From sequence record DRR723986_6897: a DNA stretch of 64,000 nt; one strand, 5' to 3'. Under the pieces are notes generated by a model. That model was not told the origin of the DNA. It ran no database searches and saw nothing but the letters and a program-made list of their open reading frames with translations. Below are positions 58,860 through 64,000 of this stretch, piece after piece (position 1 is the first letter of the stretch; the number at the start of each line of letters is the position of its first letter). The position numbers were made by a program, and so were the translations under genes.

Positions 58860-59624
58860 CTATATTGGTTCTGTTTCAAGCATGGCTTGTAATTCGGCCA
58901 CATCAGCGATGTCGTCCGGGTCGGTGAGTGATTGCACAATCTCATTCAATGTGGCACCGAGCTGCGGATAGCGGCACTCTCGTTCCTCAATCAATATACC
59001 GCATATGGTTGAAAGCTCCAGCGCCAGTGCTGCGGCATCTTTTTTGTTGGGGCTGTGGCGACGCATATACTCCATAACTTTTAGGAAGGTTTCTTCCGTG
59101 ACGGTGGCAGCGATTTTCTCAAAGGTATAATCGGTCATATACTCGTCGCGGAACGCATGCTCGTGCGTCAGCAAATCGCGGATATAACTTTCCAGATTGT
59201 CATACTGCGGCAGCACGTCCTGCAGCTTAGTGCTTTGCAACAAGGTTTCACATAGGCACTTTGATGCAACAGTCAGATTCAGCTGATCAGGCTCAATAAC
59301 CACAAAAGATGCAGATGTGCGCATGCCAGCTACATTGCTATTTTCGATGTTTCTATATGCAGCAATAAATTTGTGTGCGTCTGCCGGAGCGGCAAATTCC
59401 AACGCTATCTGCGCATCGATACTACCCGAAAGAAACAACGGTGCGCTCACCGACCCGACGCCGCGTAAATAAACGGAAACTTCAGAGGGTGTTTCAAAGC
59501 CATGCCGAAAGAATAGATGCCCAGTTTTACCTGCCGCGCCCATAAGTGATTTAAAGTTCCGGTAGCCTTCGACACCGGCGCATGTGAGGTCTAAACCAGT
59601 TAAATTATAAGCAGCTACAGGCAT
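58860..59624 (-). CDS. Hypothetical protein
   Basis: 254-aa ORF filling the intergenic space; no motif recognised. Confidence 0.65.
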   Translation of the reverse strand: MPVAAYNLTGLDLTCAGVEGYRNFKSLMGAAGKTGHLFFRHGFETPSEVSVYLRGVGSVSAPLFLSGSIDAQIALEFAAPADAHKFIAAYRNIENSNVAGMRTSASFVVIEPDQLNLTVASKCLCETLLQSTKLQDVLPQYDNLESYIRDLLTHEHAFRDEYMTDYTFEKIAATVTEETFLKVMEYMRRHSPNKKDAAALALELSTICGILIEERECRYPQLGATLNEIVQSLTDPDDIADVAELQAMLETEPI

Positions 59625-59693
59625 ATTGAGCGCTTGTTATTGTCTGTCATTTTAGGTGTTTTCTGAAAACTGGCAGATGCTATGCCGAGTAAA

Positions 59694-61427
59694 CTACTGA
59701 TCATATGGCGTTTCATAAACCACCTGCCCTTCGAAAATGGTTTTGTCTACTGTTACATCAAGAACAGACGTGGCCGAAATTTTGGTTAAGTTGTTAGATA
59801 GTATGATCATATCTGCCATCTTGCCAACGGTAATAGATCCGCGAGAATCGTCCATAAAATTGGCATATGCGCCGCCCATTGTATAGGCGTAGATGGCTTC
59901 TTCAATGGTAATGCGTTCCTCCGGAATCCACGGTTCAATATACCCTTCCTGCGTGTCTTGGCGGGTTATAGCCGCATGCATGCCAGCGAATGGGCTCATA
60001 ACGGCCACATCCCAATCGCTTGCAAAGGCAATGGTTGCGCCGCTGTCCAATAAGGAGCGCCACGGAAAGGCATAGCGTGACCGGCTTTCTCCTACAGCCA
60101 CGCGCCAAATATCGCCGCCGCCTATTGTTGCGTGGCGCGGCTGCATGTCGGCAATAACGCCCAGTTCGCCGAAACGCGGAATATCATCCGGGTGCAATAC
60201 TTCCACATGGACAAGCTGGTGGCGTCTGTCTTTGGGGCCATTGGTATTATTTGCATACTCAAGAGCATCCAATGCCACCTGAATGCCGCGGTCTCCAATG
60301 GCATGAATGAACAATTGAAAGCCCTGTGCATCAAGGTTGGCGACAAGTTTTTTGAAAGCATCAGGCTTAAAAAAAGTGTCGCCCTTGTTGTGGCCTTGAT
60401 CGCTGTAGGGCGCCAGCATCGCGGCGGTGTGAGTTTCTATAACATCGTCGATATATAGCTTAATAGCGGGTACATGAATTTGGTGATCATTCGCCCGCTC
60501 ATCACGTATCGCAGCATAAGCCGCCACGTCTTCGGCAGGTGTTCCCGGTGGGTGAAACATTGCCATATGAACATGGGCGTTCAGGTCGCCGTCTTGTTGC
60601 ACACGGTCCCACTTGGCAAAGTCATCAAAGCCATTTTGCGGTTCAATGATGGTCGTAATGCCATTTGATGTGGCCTCATCAAGATAGCCTTTGAACCATG
60701 TGTGAACCAGGGCTGGGTCTGGTTCAGGCAAAATAGAATATAGCGCATCAGCCTCTTCTTCGGTGATGTTAAGCGAACCTTTAAATATGCCGGTTGGGGT
60801 GCCGTTTTCGCCGCGTACAATGGTACCGAAAGGCACTTTGTGTGTGTTTGCTTTTATGCCCAGTGCGTTCATGGCGGGCTTGTTCAAATATGTTGTATGG
60901 CCGTCATAAGATGTAATCATGATAGGGCGACCACCGCTCAACCCTTCCAGGTCACGCCACGTGGGCAAGCCGTCCGGGTGGGTGCCATATTGCCAGCGGC
61001 CCCCCACAAGCCACGCGCGTTCTGGGTGGTTTTCCGCATAATCACGGATCATTTGCCTGAATGTTTCGGGCGAGTTTGCTTCGGTTAAGTCCATAAAGTC
61101 AGGGTCGGGCGTATAGCTCAGGTGGGTATGGCTGTCTATAATGCCGGGCATCACGAAGCGACCATTGGCGTCAATTACTCGCGTGTTGTCGTTGGTGTAT
61201 GCGGCAATGCCTGCGTTATCACCAACAAATACAATGCGTTTGTCTTTCACGGCAATGGCTTGAGCACGAGGCGTGTTAGGGTCTACGGTATAAACATCAG
61301 CATTCACAATAATCAGATCGGCCTTTGGTGTCATTGTGGGGTGCTGTGATTGGGCGGCATATGAGCCAGCCATAAGGCCTGCTAGAGCAAGGGGTTTGAG
61401 CCATTTTCTATGTGTATGCAGTTGCAT
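59694..61427 (-). CDS. Exported amidohydrolase_3 (YtcJ-like)
   Basis: PGIIDSHTH, DGH, KLYID, HAIGD, HVE, FASDW, GKMADMIIL. Confidence 0.92.
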   Translation of the reverse strand: MQLHTHRKWLKPLALAGLMAGSYAAQSQHPTMTPKADLIIVNADVYTVDPNTPRAQAIAVKDKRIVFVGDNAGIAAYTNDNTRVIDANGRFVMPGIIDSHTHLSYTPDPDFMDLTEANSPETFRQMIRDYAENHPERAWLVGGRWQYGTHPDGLPTWRDLEGLSGGRPIMITSYDGHTTYLNKPAMNALGIKANTHKVPFGTIVRGENGTPTGIFKGSLNITEEEADALYSILPEPDPALVHTWFKGYLDEATSNGITTIIEPQNGFDDFAKWDRVQQDGDLNAHVHMAMFHPPGTPAEDVAAYAAIRDERANDHQIHVPAIKLYIDDVIETHTAAMLAPYSDQGHNKGDTFFKPDAFKKLVANLDAQGFQLFIHAIGDRGIQVALDALEYANNTNGPKDRRHQLVHVEVLHPDDIPRFGELGVIADMQPRHATIGGGDIWRVAVGESRSRYAFPWRSLLDSGATIAFASDWDVAVMSPFAGMHAAITRQDTQEGYIEPWIPEERITIEEAIYAYTMGGAYANFMDDSRGSITVGKMADMIILSNNLTKISATSVLDVTVDKTIFEGQVVYETPYDQ

Positions 61428-61574
61428 AGCCACTTCCTTCGCATTGCGGTCTAATCAAAAGCCTATATTAGCTGGCATTGGTTTTCAAATGGGCGCGGCA
61501 TATGCGCAGGATTGCCCTGCACGGCAAAACCAATGTAATAAGATACATCAACCCATCAATCAGGCGAAACATGC

Positions 61575-62297
61575 GTGAGCGACAATAAAAACACAAATGA
61601 TGCGATCGATCCGGATATCCTGTCGGCTCAGCATTCCAGCACGCTTTGCCAAGCCTGCGGTATCTGTTGCAGTGGCACGCTTTTCTCTTATGTGGACGTC
61701 AGCCCAAAAGAAGCAAAAGCCCTAATCGGCACATGCGTTACGCCTGTTAAAAATGACAAGGGCAAGCTGGCGTTTGACCTGCCCTGCAGCGCCCTTGAGG
61801 GAACCCGCTGCACCATTTATGACAAGCGCCCGACAGCGTGCCGCACTTATTTATGTGGCCTCACGAGAGGGGTGATGAACGGCAGTACAAGTCTTGAGGC
61901 CGCCACTGCTGCAGTTGCGGACATTAAAGCCAAGCGAGCATGGTTGTTGGAGAATGCGCCGCTGGATATTTTGCTAACATATGCTTTGCCAGCAAAAGGA
62001 AAGCCCACTGGGCGCGAGGCGGAAGTGCCCAAGTCTGCCACAGCAATCCTTGCAGCATTCAGCAGCACAAGCAGCCCATCACAAGCCGCTTCTGCGGCGT
62101 CAAAAGCGCCCCAATCGCTCAGGGTTTTATTGGCTGAACTTTATGGATGTTTCACGCGTAAGCAACAGGTTGAAGGGCTAAGTGCCTCGGATAAAACATA
62201 TATTGCTGCGGCCTTTTCCTATGCCAAAATTGCGGACCGCATGTTTGAGAAAACCCCGCTTTTGCGCACCTACGGCACGCTGGTGCAGCAGTTTTAG
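61575..62297 (+). CDS. YkgJ-like cysteine cluster (CxxCxxCC) protein
   Basis: CQACGICC, PC..L..CTIY..RP..CR.Y.C. Confidence 0.85.
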   Translation: MSDNKNTNDAIDPDILSAQHSSTLCQACGICCSGTLFSYVDVSPKEAKALIGTCVTPVKNDKGKLAFDLPCSALEGTRCTIYDKRPTACRTYLCGLTRGVMNGSTSLEAATAAVADIKAKRAWLLENAPLDILLTYALPAKGKPTGREAEVPKSATAILAAFSSTSSPSQAASAASKAPQSLRVLLAELYGCFTRKQQVEGLSASDKTYIAAAFSYAKIADRMFEKTPLLRTYGTLVQQF

Positions 62298-62319
62298 GCT
62301 GGTTTGAATGGGAAGCCCG

Positions 62320-62877
62320 ATGAAAAAGATTCTAGTAGCCTGCATATTACTGAACACATTGCTTGCCGGTTCTTCGGTTTTTGCGCCGGTTGCGGCAGAC
62401 GCCCCGCTGGAGACAGTGCCCTTCGTTGACCTGCAGCGCTACGCCGGCAAGTGGTATGAAATCGCCCGCCTTGAACAGCGGTTTCAAAAAGGCTGCATCA
62501 ACAGCACCGCAGAGTATAGTTTCCGCGATGACGGTGACATTCGGGTGGTTAATGAATGCGAGATTGCCGGCAAGGACAAACGCAAAAAAGCTACCGGCAG
62601 GGCGTGGGTAAAAGACAGTGAAACCAATGCGAAACTGCGAGTGCAATTTGTTCTTACCGGTCTGAAGCTTTCATTTCTGTCCGGTAAATATTGGGTTTTG
62701 GACTTAGCTCCGGATTATAGCCATGTAATGGTAGGTGACCCCTCACGCAAATATTTTTGGCTGTTGTCTCGCAACTCGGAAATGGATGATGCCTTGCGTG
62801 CTGACCTAATGGCCAAAGCACAGGCTATGGGTTTTGACACATCAGCTTTTGTGATCAATGCTGAGCAAACGGAGTGA
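62320..62877 (+). CDS. Lipocalin (Blc-like)
   Basis: VDLQRYAGKWYEIAR, YWVL...DY, WLLSR. Confidence 0.92.
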   Translation: MKKILVACILLNTLLAGSSVFAPVAADAPLETVPFVDLQRYAGKWYEIARLEQRFQKGCINSTAEYSFRDDGDIRVVNECEIAGKDKRKKATGRAWVKDSETNAKLRVQFVLTGLKLSFLSGKYWVLDLAPDYSHVMVGDPSRKYFWLLSRNSEMDDALRADLMAKAQAMGFDTSAFVINAEQTE

Positions 62878-62884
62878 GCCAGTT

Positions 62885-63367
62885 TTAACGCGCGGGCGTG
62901 ACATATTCCTGGAGAGTTACACTGTCGGGAATCGGCTGGTTTGGCCCTAGCCGTGTTGAATGCAGCATTTCAATAAGCCAGCGATCACCGTATTTTACCA
63001 AAACCGCGCTTTCCAGCCACTTTATAGTTTGTGTCTGACCATTAGGAAAAGTGAAAAGGGCGCGATTCCAATAGCTAACCCATGCCCTATCACCGCTAAC
63101 CTTGGACGTAATGACAGCAAAGAAATTACGCCGGGTTGTATTTTCGTCGCCGCCTGTCACGACTGATATCAGCTTATCCATGTCCCACACTTCGCCCACC
63201 TCAAGCAGCTCAAAGTCATCGGTAGATGTAGCCTTCATGGCACCGCCGTCGTAGGCGCTCATGGCCGCAAACAGGTCTTGAACCGCAGAAAACGGCTGTC
63301 GCGCCTCCTGGGCATGAAGAGTGCTGGACCACAGCAACACCGCGACCGTGAGTATAAGCTTATGCAT
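62885..63367 (-). CDS. Exported SnoaL/NTF2-like protein
   Basis: Signal peptide; WLESAVLV..W.I..LHST. Confidence 0.75.
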   Translation of the reverse strand: MHKLILTVAVLLWSSTLHAQEARQPFSAVQDLFAAMSAYDGGAMKATSTDDFELLEVGEVWDMDKLISVVTGGDENTTRRNFFAVITSKVSGDRAWVSYWNRALFTFPNGQTQTIKWLESAVLVKYGDRWLIEMLHSTRLGPNQPIPDSVTLQEYVTPAR

Positions 63368-63471
63368 GGCTGGTCTCCTCAATAGCTTGTTGCATGGTGC
63401 TGCCTGAATAACTTTGTTGATCGTTTCTGACCTGCCGATTAGTCTACCGCTACGCTAAGAAGGAGTATAGG

Positions 63472-63870
63472 GTGAAGCTGCTCAACATATTAACGATAGC
63501 CTTGACGGGCTTGTTGTTGCTTTCGGCCTGTTCGGACCCAGCCCCCAGTGAACCTGCACAAACCGACGACATAGACCCTCGCTTTGTGGGTGACGCCACG
63601 CTCACGGTCACCGGCATGCCTGAGGGTGCGCGTGTCGTCACAATGGCTTGGTTTCCCGGCCGGAAAGACGATGACCCGCAGGGTGTTATTTACAAATATT
63701 CAGACGGCGTGACTGTGCCTGCAGGCAAGTATATTTTCCTCATTGAAGGGGAAGGCTTTGAGGCTCTCATGGCGCGGCGCATACCCGTGTATGGCAACAC
63801 GGTGCTGGAAGCCAAAATGTGCAAGCTGGACAGCGGCTGTTACGGCACGCTGACCGAGGTTTCGCATTAG
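63472..63870 (+). CDS. Hypothetical lipoprotein
   Basis: AAGGAG RBS, GTG start, lipobox LLSAC. Confidence 0.7.
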   Translation: MKLLNILTIALTGLLLLSACSDPAPSEPAQTDDIDPRFVGDATLTVTGMPEGARVVTMAWFPGRKDDDPQGVIYKYSDGVTVPAGKYIFLIEGEGFEALMARRIPVYGNTVLEAKMCKLDSGCYGTLTEVSH

Positions 63871-64000
63871 GCACGTCACCTTCGGCTTCGGCTTGGTATG
63901 AACTACCGACACGCAGGTTTTCAATTGGTTGCTTAGTACGTTGAATTTCAATAGTTTTGCTTTTGCAAAGAGTTTGCAAGGGCATTTAAGCAAGCTCACT

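Noticed and set aside
59671-59688. GG-N10-GC sigma54-like match before the 254-aa ORF
   Set aside because: Matches on both strands because it is a short inverted repeat, and fits the consensus poorly
63871-64000. Minus-strand ORFs at the window end
   Set aside because: They overlap the lipoprotein gene, show no recognisable product, and context is truncated
1-64000. CRISPR arrays, tRNA/rRNA, IS elements, prophage
   Set aside because: No regularly spaced repeats, RNA-gene signatures, transposase, integrase or phage genes seen by eye; short elements could have been missed

Overview
64 kb of ordinary-looking chromosome from an alphaproteobacterium. The lineage is inferred from gene style, sigma54- and CtrA-type sites and the SulP leader; a marine Kordiimonas-like organism is a guess. 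About 55 CDSs are present, and I saw no rRNA, tRNA, CRISPR array, integrase or transposase. The window is rich in peptidases and amide hydrolases, many exported and several proline-specific, and also carries an OPT transporter, an iodotyrosine-deiodinase-like nitroreductase, Kef, SulP-Usp, PPK2, a MATE pump and a cold-shock gene. Best candidates for undescribed systems: (1) an exported 5'-nucleotidase homologue that has lost its metal and catalytic ligands but keeps the nucleotide-binding residues, overlapping a TorS-like hybrid kinase, with a perfect CtrA-type box upstream; (2) a ribbon-helix-helix/TM/EF-hand protein next to a secreted HExxH protein whose promoter is bracketed by two TGTCC(G/T)GACA palindromes; (3) a structured leader upstream of SulP; (4) two low-GC single-gene inserts. 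All calls come from reading motifs by eye; no searches were run.
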